A stretch of 64,000 bases of DNA from Mobula hypostoma (lineage: Eukaryota), in the NCBI RefSeq assembly GCF_963921235.1, contig NC_086109.1, forward strand, positions 5,644,001-5,708,000, in the 5' to 3' direction. Under the pieces are notes generated by a model, which made no database searches, was not told where the DNA came from, and was given only the letters and a program-made list of their open reading frames with translations. This document shows positions 51,299-64,000 of the stretch, piece by piece; position 1 is the first letter of the stretch; every line of letters begins with the position of its first letter. Both the position numbers and the translations under genes were made by a program.

Positions 51299-52774
51299 TA
51301 CGTTCCAAAGTTCAAAGTAAATTTATTATCAAAGTACACATATCACCATATAAAACCCTGAGATTAATTTTATTATGAACAAGCTCAATAAATCTATAGA
51401 ATAATAACCGCAACAGAATCAATGAAAGACCGCCCATCTAGGGTGTTGAACCAGAGCGCAGAGAACAACAGACTGTGCAAATACAAAAAGAAACAAATAA
51501 TATAAGAGATCATTAAGTTGATTTAAAAAAAACCTTACTTGGAGGGAAATTACATGCTGCAGATTTAAGTGAGAGTAATTCGAAAGAGGTATATTTAAAG
51601 GTATATTTAGAAGCATTGTGTACAGCCCACAGAACGTCACTGTGGTTCACCAGCACCATCTTTAAAGGACTATGTTCTATGATCTATGTTCTGTGTTCTG
51701 AGTTCTATGTTCTCCTACATTACAATGAAAAAAGTCCCAACCTTTCTCTCGAACTTGGTCACTTGAGTCCCAGCAACTGCTCATAAACTTCTGCACTCTT
51801 TCCAGCTTAACAGAATCCAAATTCAACTGAAACATAACAACCCAACCTCTATACTCAGTAATATACACTAGCAAATCTGCAGATGCTGGAAATCCAAAGC
51901 AACGCGCGCAGCAGGTCAGGCAGCATCTAAGGAAATGAATAGCTGATGATTTAGGTTGAGACCCTTCTTCAGGACTGGAAAGGAAAGGGGGAAGATGCTA
52001 GAATAAAAAGTCGGGGGGGTGGGGGGAAGAAGGTAATAGGTGAAACCAGGTGGGTGGGAAAGGTCAAGGGCTGGAAAAGAAAGAATCTGACAGGAGAGGA
52101 GAGTGGCCCATAGGAGAAAGGGAAAGAGGAGGGGATTTGGCCAGGTGAGTAGATCTACTCAGTACCCTGACTGATGAAGACCAGTGTGTCAAAAGCCTTC
52201 TTCACCATCCTGTCTGCCTGCAATGCCAGTTGTTGCTTCTCATTCGAGAGGGAACTCGCAAGCCAAGGGACAGACTCTAAACATTTCTAATCAAAGCGAG
52301 ACCAAGGGAATGCTTTGGTCACGATGTGATGCAGTTCCAGGCCAGGTTACCGTGTGTACAGGGTACAAAATGTCTCTAACTAGCCAAGGACTTGTACATT
52401 TGGAGGAAGAAAATGCTTTCGACACCTCCATATGAGGTAGATAACACAAAAGGGAAAATCCTGTCGATGCTAGACATCTGAAATAGAAGTAGAAAAGTCT
52501 GGAATGGATCATCAGTCAGTGCAGAGAGAAATTGGGTTAACGAACCAGGTCGGTGTCCTTTCACCATATCAGGGAAAAGGCAAAGGTGCAGTAAGACCAA
52601 AAATTCCAAAGACATGTGGTCTAGGGTTAGTAAGTCGTGGGCACGCGATGTTGGTGCCAAAAGCATGGCGACACTTGTGGGCTGCCTCCAGCGCATCATC
52701 GGACTGTGTTGGTCGTTGGCGCAAAAAAAAAACATTTCATTTTATGTGTTGACGTACATGTGACAAAGGTAATC

Positions 52775-55072
52775 TTTTTTTTGTAATTTATTTTTTATTG
52801 AAGTTCATCATCAAACAAACATTTCTATAAAATGTATTTCAGTTATTGTACATATATATCATATAGTCATATATGCTACAAATCTCCACATATTTATCTG
52901 AGGTATAACCTATAGAAAAGAGAGGAAAGAAAGAACAAGCAAAAGGAGAAAAATTTGTACAAGTAGGGAGTGATCTTTTTTTTTACAACGTAATCATTGA
53001 TTTGTGAGAATAAAATCAGGCCTATGAGGTGTTAAGTAGTTGAACCATTTTTCCCAGTATGAATCAAATTGTTCCAACTGATAATTAACAGATGCTGTTA
53101 TCTTCTCCATTTTGTAAATGTCCATTGTAATTTCCATCCATTCGTTTAAAGTTGGGCTCTCCTGTGATAACCATTTCCTGGTAAGGGTCTTTTTACCAGC
53201 CACCAGCAGTATATTCATTAAAAATTTATCTCTTTTCAAAAGCACAAAATACTCTGCAGATGCTGGGGTCAAAGCAACACTCAGAACATGCTGGAGGAAC
53301 TCAGCAGGTCAGGCAGCATCCGTGGAAATGATCAGTCAATGTTTCGGGCCAGAACCCTTCATCAGGACTGAAGAGGGAAGGGGCAGAGGCCCTATAAAGA
53401 AACTGGGGTGAGGGTGGGAAGGAGAAGGCAGTATATTCATTTTAATAGATTCAATCCTTGAACTGAGACTAAGAAAAGGAACTAGGTTCCATCTTGTTAT
53501 ATCTTCCTTAATTTTTTTATATATAGGCAGATAATTTCATTCTGATAATTTTGCAAAATCTTTTGGCATAATGATGCCCAAATATTTGAAAGACTGTTTG
53601 CCATGCCCAGGGATATCTACTTTCAATTTCTCTTGGTGGGCTATAGTTATATGAAAGTAATTGGGTTTTATCTATGTTGATCTATTAACCTGATAATTGA
53701 CCATATTGTTCAAAGGATTGCATCAATTTAGGTAAAGAGTATGTTGGTTGCCCTAGGTAGATCAAAATGTCATCCGCGTAACAGGTCAACTTATGCTCTG
53801 TCCCTTTAATAGTAATTCCCCTGATATCTTCATTTTCTCTGATGTATTGAGCTAATGGTTCCAGATATAATGCAAAGTTTAGCGGTGACTATACACAACT
53901 CTGTCTCGTGCCCCTTTCTAGAGTAAAACTATTTGATAAATATCCATGAATTTTAATCCTAGCAGTAGGGTTGTCATATAGTGCCTGTATATTTTTAATA
54001 ATTGTGTCATGGAAACCAAATCGATGTAAAACTCTGTAAAGAAAATTCCAATTAACCAAATCAAATGCCTTTTCAATGTCCACGCTTACCACTATTGCTT
54101 CGATTTTATTTTTTTGTATCTGATCCATAACGTGAAGTGTCCTTCGTATATTGTCTTGTGTTTGGCGTTGTTGTATAAAACCTGTCTGATGCTTATGTAT
54201 CAGTATGGGTAGAAACTCTTCTAATCGTTTGGCCATGATGGAGGTAAATAATCTATAACCTACATTAAGAACGGATATTGGTCTAAGTGACCCACATTCC
54301 ATTTTATCCTTGCCTTCTTTCAGTATAGCTGAGATTATCGCCTCCTTCCAGCTGGGGGGCATTTGTGCCTTTTTTCGAGCCCAGTTCAGTGTGGGGAGTA
54401 AGACAGGAATTGACTCATTTTTAAATTCTTTGTACCACTCTGCCGTATACCCATCTGAACCTGGTGACTTACTTAATTTAAGCCTACTAATTGCAGCTTT
54501 TAGTTCAACTTCAGTTATGTCAGCAGTCATCGTTCTATTTTGTTCTTCGCTTAAAGTGGGTAACTCTAGAGAATTCACGAAGGTGTCAGTTTGGGTTATG
54601 TTTCCCCCGGGACTTCAGAATATAGAGTTTTGTAAAACACTTCAAAAGCTTCTTGAATTTCACTTAGCTTATTTTTTTTATCGTTTTTGTTCTTGGTCCC
54701 TAATTCTATGAATTGTATTTTCTGCTATCTTTTTTTTTCGGTTTCCACGCCAGTATTTTCATAGACTTAGATCCACTTTCATGATGCCTCTGTTTCAGAA
54801 ACATTAAATTTTTCCTGATTTCTTGCGTAGCCAAACTATTAATTTCATTCCTAATTTTTAAAATTTCCTCTAATGTATCATGTGCCAAATTCAATTTGTG
54901 TTTTTTTTTCTAGTTCCTTCAGGCTATTTTGTAATTCCTCTAATGTTTTATTCCTTTTTTTTCTTCTATGAAGATATCGCTATAATTTTCCCTCTTAAGA
55001 CAGCCTTCAGAGTATCCCATAGAATGGGAGGTGAAACCTCTCCATTATCATTGTATCTAAGTAATGACCAAT
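52775..55072 (-). mobile_element. L1-clade LINE ORF2 fragment (second family), with a Penelope pLTR at about 53241-53428
   Basis: Contains KSPGSDGYT, RPISVLNV, DIEKAFD and LERGTRQ motifs; 3' ORF 52994-53272. Confidence 0.88.
53333..53370 (-). ncRNA. Minimal hammerhead ribozyme motif (stem III palindrome mutated)
   Basis: cagtc-CTGATGA-a-gggttctggccc-GAAACATT-gactg. Confidence 0.55.
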
Positions 55073-56729
55073 TTCTTTGACAAAGGTAATCTTTATCTTT
55101 AAATCTTTAAACAGAGGAGAGAGGGCAAGCAGCAAGTGGATGGAATGCAGGAGGTGCAAGAGGATTCGAAGTACAATTATTATCAAAGTATGTATGCAAT
55201 ATACAACCCTGAGATTCGTCTCTGCCACAGACAGCCATGAGTCAAAGAAAACTATGGAATCACTCAAAGAAAAAGTAATGGGGGAGGCTGCTGCATCGGA
55301 ATGAGAGAGGAGGAAAAGTTAAAGGTTGGGTCCAGTGGAGACATAGATGGAGACAGCAGAAGCATTCTCTGAAGGTGTTGCCAGATGACTGGTAGGAAGA
55401 CTATGCCATTGGAACAGGTTGGAGTACAATTCAGGAGGTCAGTGGAAGCTGGTGTGGGACAGGCAAGTGGACGATCAGACTCTCCCTTTATGGAGCTCCA
55501 GAGCAGAGGGGCACAAGATACCCGATTTTGTTTCCCACTGAAAATTAAATGCTAGATTTGACGACAGAACACCCAGCACCAAAGTTACTTGTCTCAGAGT
55601 GAAGGAGAGCTGCACACGCTCAAAATGCTGGAGGGCCTCAGCTGGTCAGGCAGCATCCATGGAGGGGAATGAACAGGTCGGGGCCTTGGGTTCATTTCCC
55701 TCTACAGAAGCTGCCTTACTTGCTGAGTTTCTCCAGCATTTTGTGTGCGTTGCTCAGGATTTCCAGCAACCGAAGAATCTCTCGTGTCAGACTGAAGGAG
55801 GGTGTCTTGTCTTCTTCCACCACTAGATGTCAGTCATGTCAGATACTTTGGCTGAGTGACTGTGCCTGCAAACTCAGTGGGTACCAATAAGAACAAACTG
55901 CATTTATATAGCACCGTGACTGAGATCCAGATATTTCATGGGATTCTTTAACACTCAGCCTGCTTCTCCTCGGGGCCTCTAATTTCTGCACTAATAAATT
56001 AAATTTTATTGCACAGAGCTGGTAATTATATGACATTCCCCCTCAAGCACTGTCAATACTGGGACACCAGTTGAAAGCAAGATTCAGGATTGTTTATTGA
56101 CATTTGCAGTACACAGCTGCAAAGGAGAACAAAATAATTGTCACTCCGGAACTGATGTAGCACAAAAAAATACAATAAGGTAAAAGAAAACCAACAATAA
56201 TAATAAAAAACCCAATAAATATAAACACATAGGATGGGTTATAGACCTAGATTGTACGTCCATAAAGTGAGCTAGGCACAGGAGTAACTAGCTGTACGTA
56301 AGGACACAAAATGATAAAGCAGTGGTGGTTGGGTGGGTCAGTGGGTGATCATAGAACTCTTAAAAGAATCGCGTGTATTCATTCTGTCTGCTCACAGAAA
56401 TCTGTAAAACCGTGAAGAGTGTGGACAAGGTGGGCAGTCACAGTCTCTTCCGCAGGGCTGGGAAGTCAAAAGCCAGAGGGCACAGATACAAGATAGAAGC
56501 GGGGAGACTTGAGCGAGTTGAGAGGTAACTTCTTTACGTAGACGGTAGAGCACGTGGAATGAGCTGCCAGAGGAAGTGGTCAAGGCAGGCAGAATTGCAA
56601 CACTGAAGGAGGCATTTGGATTGTTACATGGGGGGGAAGGGGGGAATGCCGGCAACTGGGATCAGCAGGGAAGATGCTGTCTGACAGATGGCTGTCTGAC
56701 AGATGCTGATTGACAAATTACTGTCTGAC

Positions 56730-57850
56730 TCAAAGTTCAAAGTAAATTTATTATCAAAGTACATGTATGTCACTATATACAACCCTGAGATTCATTTTCT
56801 TGTGGGCATACTCAATAAAAACATTTTAGAATAATAACCATAACAGAATCAATGGAAGACCACACTAACTTGGGTGTTCAAACAGTGTGTGAAATACATT
56901 AAAGTATGCAAATACAAACAGAAAGGAATAATAATAATAAATAAACAATAAATATCGAGAACATGAGGTGAAGTGTCCTTGAAAGTGAGTCCATTGGTTG
57001 TGGGAACACTTCAATGATGGGGCGGGTGAAGTTGAGTGGTTCTCCCCTCTGGTTCAAGAGCTTGACGGTTGAGGGTGAATAACAGTTCCAGAACCTGGTG
57101 GCGTGAGTCCAGCGGTTCCTGTACCTTCTTCCGGATGGCAGCAGCGAGAAGCGAGCATGAACTGGGTGGTGGGGGTCCCTGATGATGGATGCTGCTTTCC
57201 TGCAGCAATGCTTCCTGTAGGTGTGTTCAATATGGGAAGGGCTTTGCCCATGATGGTCTGGGCTGCATCCACTAATTTTTGTTGGACTGTCCGTTCAAAA
57301 GCATTAGTGTTTGAATACCAGGCTGTGATGCAGCTGGTCAGCAAGTTTGTCAAAGTTTTAGATGTCATACCAAATCCTTGCAAGCTCCTAAAGAAGTAGA
57401 GGCGTTGTCGTGCTTTCTTCGTAATTGCACTTGTATGTTGGGCCCGGGACACCTCGTATCTCCTGATGAGGACTGGCTCGTGGACCTCTCCTGCTGCTGA
57501 AGTCAATAATCACCTCCTCGATCTTGCTGACATTGAGTAAGAGGCTGTTGTTATGACACCACTCAGCCAGGTTTTCAATCTCCCTCCTACGTGCCAATTT
57601 GTCACCACCTTTGATTGGACCTACGACGGCGGTGTCGTCAGCAGACACAGGAGCTGGGCCTAGCCACACAGTCATAAGTATGAAGTGAGCAGAGCAGGGG
57701 ACAAAGCACACAGCTTTGAGGCGCACCAGAGCTGTCGGAGATAGCGGAGGAGATGCTGTTGCCAATCTGAACTGACTGGTCTCTGCAAGTGAGGAAATCG
57801 AGGACCGAGCTACCCAAGGAGGTGTTGCGGCCAAGGGATTGAACTTCACT
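56730..57850 (-). mobile_element. Rex1-type LINE 3' fragment
   Basis: Encodes SADDTAVVG, LLLNVSK, KKARQRLYF and CITAWY. Carries the 3' UTR that recurs throughout the window. Confidence 0.8.
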
Positions 57851-57994
57851 GATTTGATCCGAGGGAAACACGCTGCCACTTCCAGGCTTCCCTCAGCACA
57901 GCTTCCGACTGTGTTGGTTGTTGATGCAAACGATGCATCTTCACAGCATGTTTTGATGTTTTGATGTGCCTGTGACAAGTAAATCACTATATAA

Positions 57995-60900
57995 GTACAT
58001 TAGTGCATAGTTAATGCAGTGACGATGGTTCCAGGGGCAGTGTTGTGTTCTGTGTGTGGGATGTGGGAACTCGGGGAGACCTCTAGCCTCCCGGATAACC
58101 ACATCTGCACCAGGTGCACCGAGCGGCTGCTCCCGAGAGCACGCGCTAAGGAACTGGATGGCCTCCGGTTCATAAGGGAAACTGAGGAGGTGATAGATAG
58201 GAGCTGTAGGGTGCTGGTCGCACCTAAGTTGCAGGTGACAGGTACCTGAGTGACTGTCAGGAGAAGCAAAGGAAATGGGCAGACAGTCCAGAGTACTCTT
58301 GTGGCCGCTCCACTCGATAATAATTATCCTACTTTAGATACTATGGGTGGGGGGGTGGGGGAGTGGGGAAACGTCCTACCAGGGGGAAGTCATAGTTATC
58401 AGGTCTCGGGCATTGAGTTTGTCACTGTGGCTCAGAAGAGAAGAGAGGTGCAGAGGTTTGCAGTAGTACTAAAGGATTCCACAGTTAGAGCAACAAAGAT
58501 GAGATTCTGTCAAATAAATAGAGACAGACAGATGGCATGTTGCCTCCTAGGTGCCAGGGTCAAGAATTTCTCATTTTGGGTCCACAGCATTCTAAGGGGG
58601 GGCCGGGGAGTGAGCAGCCAGAAGTCATGATACATAAAGGTGGGAGGAGAAGATGGTGGTGCGCTGCGCGTGCGCAGCTCTCCGGTGAAAAATGATATCG
58701 TATCTGTTAAATAGGGGCCGTGGACAATTCTGATTTGATGGAGAGGGACGTGAAAGCACAGAGGAACATCTGGAGAAATTTCTGAAACGCCTGTTCGCTG
58801 CTGTCGTTACTGTGTGGTCGGGAATCTTTCAGAGGGAAGGCCTCAAAATCCCCGGCTTTGCCTGCTTTTGGCAATCGAGAAGGAGGTCGAATCGTTCGGA
58901 CAGAGACGGCGCTCAGTACTCGGTGTCGGAGGGCTGATCAGAGCTCAAAGTTTTCGGATGACTCAGAGTCAGATTGTGGTCGGCATGGCAGGGAGAGTTT
59001 TTCTTCCTTCTCCCGTCTGAGTGAGATGTGGGACATTTGAGAGACTTTGAACTTTACTGTGCTCATGGACTTCTTCATCAAGTTATGGTATTATTACACT
59101 GTTTGTAACTATATGTTATAATTATGTGGTTTTGTCAGTTTTTTCAGTCTTGGTCTGTCCTGTGTTTTGTGATATCACACCGGAGGAAATAATGTACTTT
59201 TCTTAACGCATGCATTACTAAATGACAATAAAGGAGGACTACGTGTCTTCATAATCTAATATTGGCACCGATGACATAGGTAGGAAAAGGGAGGAGGTCC
59301 TGAAGAGCCAGGTATAAAGCTGAAAAACAGGACCTCTGGGGTAGTAATCTCTGCTTGTGCCACGTGCCAGTGAGGGTATGGACAGGATGATTAGGCAGAT
59401 GGATGTGTGTCCGAGGAAATGGTGCAAGGGGGAGGGCAGGAATTCAGATTTTCGGATCATTGAGAGCTCCTCTGGGTAAGGTATGACCTTTGGAAAAAGA
59501 GATGAGTTACACCTGAACCCCAGGCGGGTCAATACCCTTGTGGGAAGGTTTGCTAGAGCTGTTGGGGGGGGGGGTGGTTTAAGGTAATTCAACAGGGCGA
59601 TAGGAACCAGAGTGACAGAGCTGAGGATGGGGCAGTTGGTATACGAGCAGATACAGTGTGTAATGAGACTGTGAGGAAGGACAGGCAGATAATAGGACAT
59701 AATTGCAGTCAGTGGAATGAGTGGCGGGGGACAAAATTGAAAAGGGTGACAAATACAAGACTTATATATGAATGCACGCAGTATATGAATTAAGGTAGAT
59801 GATCTTGTAGCACGGTTAGAGATTGGCGGGTATGATGTTGTGGGCATCACTGAGTCACGGCTGAGAGAAGATTATAGTTAGGAGCTTAGCATCCAAGGAT
59901 ACATATTGTATTGAAAGGATAGTCAGCTTGGCAGAGGAGTTGCTGTGGTTCTATGGTAAAAAAATAAAATCAAATCCTTAGAAAAAGGTGACATAGGATT
60001 GGAAGATGTAGAATCATTGTTGGTAGAGTTAAGGAATTGCAAAGGTTAAAAGACCCTGATGGGAGTTATATACAGGCCTCTGAAGAGTAGGCAGGATGTG
60101 GGAAAAGGCTTGTAAAAAGGGCAATGTTACCAGAGTCATGGTGAATTTCAATAGGCAAGTAGATTGGCAAAATCAGGTTAATGCTGTTTTTGAATCCCAA
60201 GAGAGAAAAATTGTAGAATGCCTAAGAGGAGGCTTTTTAGAGCACCGTGCCTCCTAGGGATCAGCTATTCTGGATTGGGTGTTGCATAATAAACTAGATG
60301 GAGCTTAAGGTAAAGGAACCCTTAGGAGGCAGTGATTATAATATAATAGAATTCACCCAGCAATTTGAGAGTGAGAAGCCATAGTCAGATGTATCAATAT
60401 CACAGTGGAGTAAAAGGAATTACAGAGGCATGAGAAAGTAGCCGGCCAAAAATGATTGGAAGGGATGACAGCAAAATAGCAATGGCTGGAATTTCTGGGA
60501 GCTATTTGGAAGGCAGGGGATAGAAACATCCCAAAGAAGTATTCTAAAGCCAGGATGACACAACCATGGCTGACAAGAGAAGTCAAAGCTAACATAAAAG
60601 CAAAAGAGAAGGCATATAGTAGAGCAAAATTAGTGGGAAGTTAGAGGATTGAGAAGCTTTTAAAAACCAACAGAAGGCATCCAATACTATAAGGAGTGAA
60701 AATATGAACTATGAAGGTAAGCTATCTAATAATATTAAAGAGAATACCAAAAGTCTTTTCAGATTTATAAAGAGTAAAAGAGAGAGAAGAGTAATTATTG
60801 TACTACTGGAAAATGATGCTGGAGAGGTGATACTGGAGGCAAGAGATGGCGGATAAACTGAATAAATATTTTGCAGCAGTATTCAGTGTGGAAGATAATT

Positions 60901-62500
60901 ATCGTTATGCAAAAATTCTGAGAGTGTTAGGGAGCAGAAGAGAGTGCAGTTGCCATCACTATGGAGAAGGTGCTTGGGGAACTGAAAGATCTGAAGGTAG
61001 ATAAATCACCTGGACCAGATGGTCTACACCCCATGGTTCTGAAAGAGGTAGCTGAAGTGATTTTGGAGGCATTAGTAATGATCTTTCAAGAATCACTAGA
61101 TTCTGGCATGCTTTCGAAGGACTAGACAATTGCAAATATCAAGCCACTCGTCTAGAAGGGAGGGAGGTGGAAGAAAGGAAATTATAGGCCAGTTAGCTTC
61201 ATCAGTGGTTGCGAAGTTGGAGTCAATTGTTAAGGATGTGGTTTTGGGGTACTCTGAGGCACATGATAACATGGGCCAAAGTCAGCATGGTTTCCTCAAG
61301 GGAAAATCTTGCCTGACAAATCTGTTGGAATTCTTTGAGGAAATAACAAGCAGGATAGACAAAGGAGTATAGGATTTTAAAAAGTCTTTGACAAGATGCC
61401 ACACGTGAGGCTGCCTAGCAGGATAAGAGCCCATGATATTACAGGAAAGATACAAGCATAGATGGAGCATGAGCAGATTGGCAAGAGGCAAAGAATGGGG
61501 ATTAAGGGAGCCTTTTCTGGTTGGCTGCTGGTGACTAGAGGTTTTCTGTAGGAGCTGGTGTTGGTACGTTGTATGTCAATGATTTGGGTGATGGAATTGG
61601 TGGATTTGTGGCCAAGTTTGCAGACAGTGGAGGGGCAGGTAGTTTGAGGAAGCATAGAGGTTGCAGAAGGACTTAGACAGATTAGGAGAATGGGCAGAGT
61701 TGTGGCAGATTGAATACTGTGTTGGGAAGTGTATGGTCATGCACTTTGGTAGAAGGAATAAAGGCATAGACAATTTTCTAAACGGGAGAAAATTGTCAAA
61801 GGCCTTCAAAGGCCTGAGGTGCAAAGGGACTTGGGAGTCCGCATGCAGGATTCCCTAAAGGTTCACTTGCAGGTTGAGTCGGTGTTGAGGAAAGCAAATG
61901 CAATGTTCGCATTCATTTTGAGAGGACTAGAATATAAAAACAAGGATGTAACACTGAGGCCTCACTTGGAGTATTGTGATCAATTCAGGGCCCCTTATCT
62001 AAAAGAAGATGTGCTGATATTGGTGACGGCTCAAAGAAAGTTCACTAAAGGGATTCTGGGATTGAAATGCCTATCATATGTTTGATGGCTTTTGGCTTGT
62101 ACTCGCTGCAATTTAGAAGAAAGGGGGTGGGTGTCATTGAGACCTATCGAATGTTGAAAGGTCTAGATACAGTGGATGTGGAGAAGATGTTTCCTATGGT
62201 GACAGAGTCTAAGATCAGTGGACACAATCTCAGAATAAAGCAATGTTCATTTAGAATGGAGATGAGGAGGAATTTCTTTAGCCAGAGGATGGTGAATCCA
62301 TGGATTTGTTGCCATATCTGGCTATGGAGTCCAGGTCAATGGGTTTATTTAAAGTGGAGGTTGATAGATTCTTGATAAGTCAGGGCATGAAACATTGCAG
62401 GTCAAAGGCAGGAGAATGGGGTTGAGAGGGAACTGGATCAGCCATGATGGGCCAAGTGGCCTAATTCTGTTCCTATGCCTTCTGATCTTATGGTCTGATC
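57995..62500 (+). mobile_element. Near full-length degenerate CR1 LINE
   Basis: ORF1 zinc finger CSVCGMWE...HICTRC and esterase-like region. ORF2 remnants SQHGFLKGKSCLTNLLEFFE and RPHLEYC. Many stops; 3' tail at about 62490. Confidence 0.88.
58637..59258 (+). mobile_element. Short non-autonomous retroelement inserted in CR1 ORF1
   Basis: Splits ...gtcatgatacata|attggcacc.... CpG-rich head GGAGAAGATGG; AT-rich 3' part with AATAAA at about 59228. Confidence 0.7.
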
Positions 62501-64000
62501 TCTAATCTGTCTTGATGAAGGGTCTTGGCCTGAAATCTCGACTCTTTACTCATTCCCGTAGGTGCTGCCTGACCTGATGAGTTCCCCCAGCATTTTGTGC
62601 ATTTATCATTCTTTAAAAGTTTGGCTTTACTTAGTGAATTGTTATGCCAATAGGTGGGGATTTGGTCAAATAGATCCCCTGTGAGTGGCTCACTCAGATG
62701 TCACTGAACAGAGGTGATAGTATGGTCCAGTCCAAGGATGTGGCGTACCCGATTGTTTTACCTCTGCATTGATCTTAAATAGATAAATACTTTATTGATC
62801 CCGAAGGAAATTAGAGCATCGTAGTACCATTACAAGTACACAGATATACAAATGTTGAAAGAGGAGTAAGAAAAAATAAAAAATAATTTACCTCAAACAG
62901 TCGAACAGGATGGAGTCATCACTTCCCCAGTTATAGGTTGATTCGTTATAGAGCTGAATGCTGAGGCTACAAATTACCTCACATAGCACTTTTTGGAGCA
63001 GTACTGTTGTCTTAGTTTATTAATAAAAGTGCTCCTCTGTTCAGCCAAGGTAGCATGCAGAGGGCAAGAAAAATTGTCCAGAATTGCCAGGATATGAAAT
63101 GTCAGAGTGTTATCTTGGATCACCAGTGATTCAGCAGACTGAAGTGGTCCTGAGTTTTGATGAGTCAGTTTGGTGTTTCCCTGCTCTCCCCAAAACTTCA
63201 ATAGCATTTGCCAGTTCAGTACAAAGGCAGCAGGAGGTAAAATGCTGACCTTTGCCAGAATCCCAGTGGTTTCTAACTGAAACTTCAACATAATAAGTAT
63301 TCCAATCAGTCATTAGAGCTGTGTTAGCACATCGTCTGGAACAGGCTGTTCTGAAACGTGCCTGTGGTCGGAGTCCATGTAATAATCACAGTGAAGTGTG
63401 CAAGTTTTAAAATCTATGTGGGGCAGAGACAATTTGGGGTTTTCCTCTTCTACATCAGGTCAATCTGATATTCACAATGATTTCAAGTTCAACTTTATTG
63501 CTATTCAACTATACAAATGTATATGGCTAAATGAAATATCGTTCCTCTCAGGCCAAGGTGCAAAATACTACATATAGTTCTGAGCTTGAGCATATATCAC
63601 AAAATAACATTAGCGCAAGTTCCTGAGTGGCTTGGTTTGCAGATTGACAGGCTGATATAAAATGTGAGGTTCAAAGTATATTATCAAAGTTATATCACCA
63701 TATACAACCCCAAGATACATTTTCTTGTGGGTATAGCATATGTATAGAATACTTAACTATAACAGGATCAGTGAAAGATCAAACAGAGTGCAGAAGACAA
63801 CAAACCATGCAAATATAAATAAATAACATAACAAGTGCATGAGATAGTGAGATAGAATCCTTAAAGTGAGATCATTGGGAACAGTTCAATGAGGGAGCAA
63901 GTGAAGCTGAGTGCAGTTATCCCCTTCTATTCAAGAGCCTGATGGTTGAGGGGTAGTGACTGTTCTTGAACCTGGTGGTGTGAGTCCTGAGGCTCTTGTA

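Noticed and set aside
21240..64000. Expected neighbouring IL10 or further IL-10-family exons
   Set aside because: No additional family motifs found by eye. A tBLASTn search would be needed to exclude short divergent exons.

Overview
Repeat-rich vertebrate genomic DNA. The repeat mix (CR1, Rex1/Babar and L1-clade LINEs, Penelope-like elements, V-SINEs, Tc1 derivatives) suggests a cartilaginous fish, probably a ray; this is inference. The only recognisable host genes are a tandem pair of minus-strand IL-10-family cytokine genes of the IL-19/IL-20/IL-24 subgroup. One copy is complete, with a predicted non-coding exon 1 and five phase-0 coding exons (18716-14581) giving 175 aa. The other copy lies 17,015 bp away, and only its promoter, exon 1 and first coding exon (1701-1549) fall inside the window. 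The two copies are about 99% identical over the promoter and first two exons, but their homologous flanks are clearly diverged, which suggests a recent gene-conversion tract. Each promoter is preceded by an 18-bp minisatellite carrying the E-box CAGCTG. The rest is nested retroelements, including many Penelope-like termini with minimal hammerhead-ribozyme cores, plus short unique islands that may be enhancers or exons of an unrecognised transcript. All alignments and counts were made by eye.
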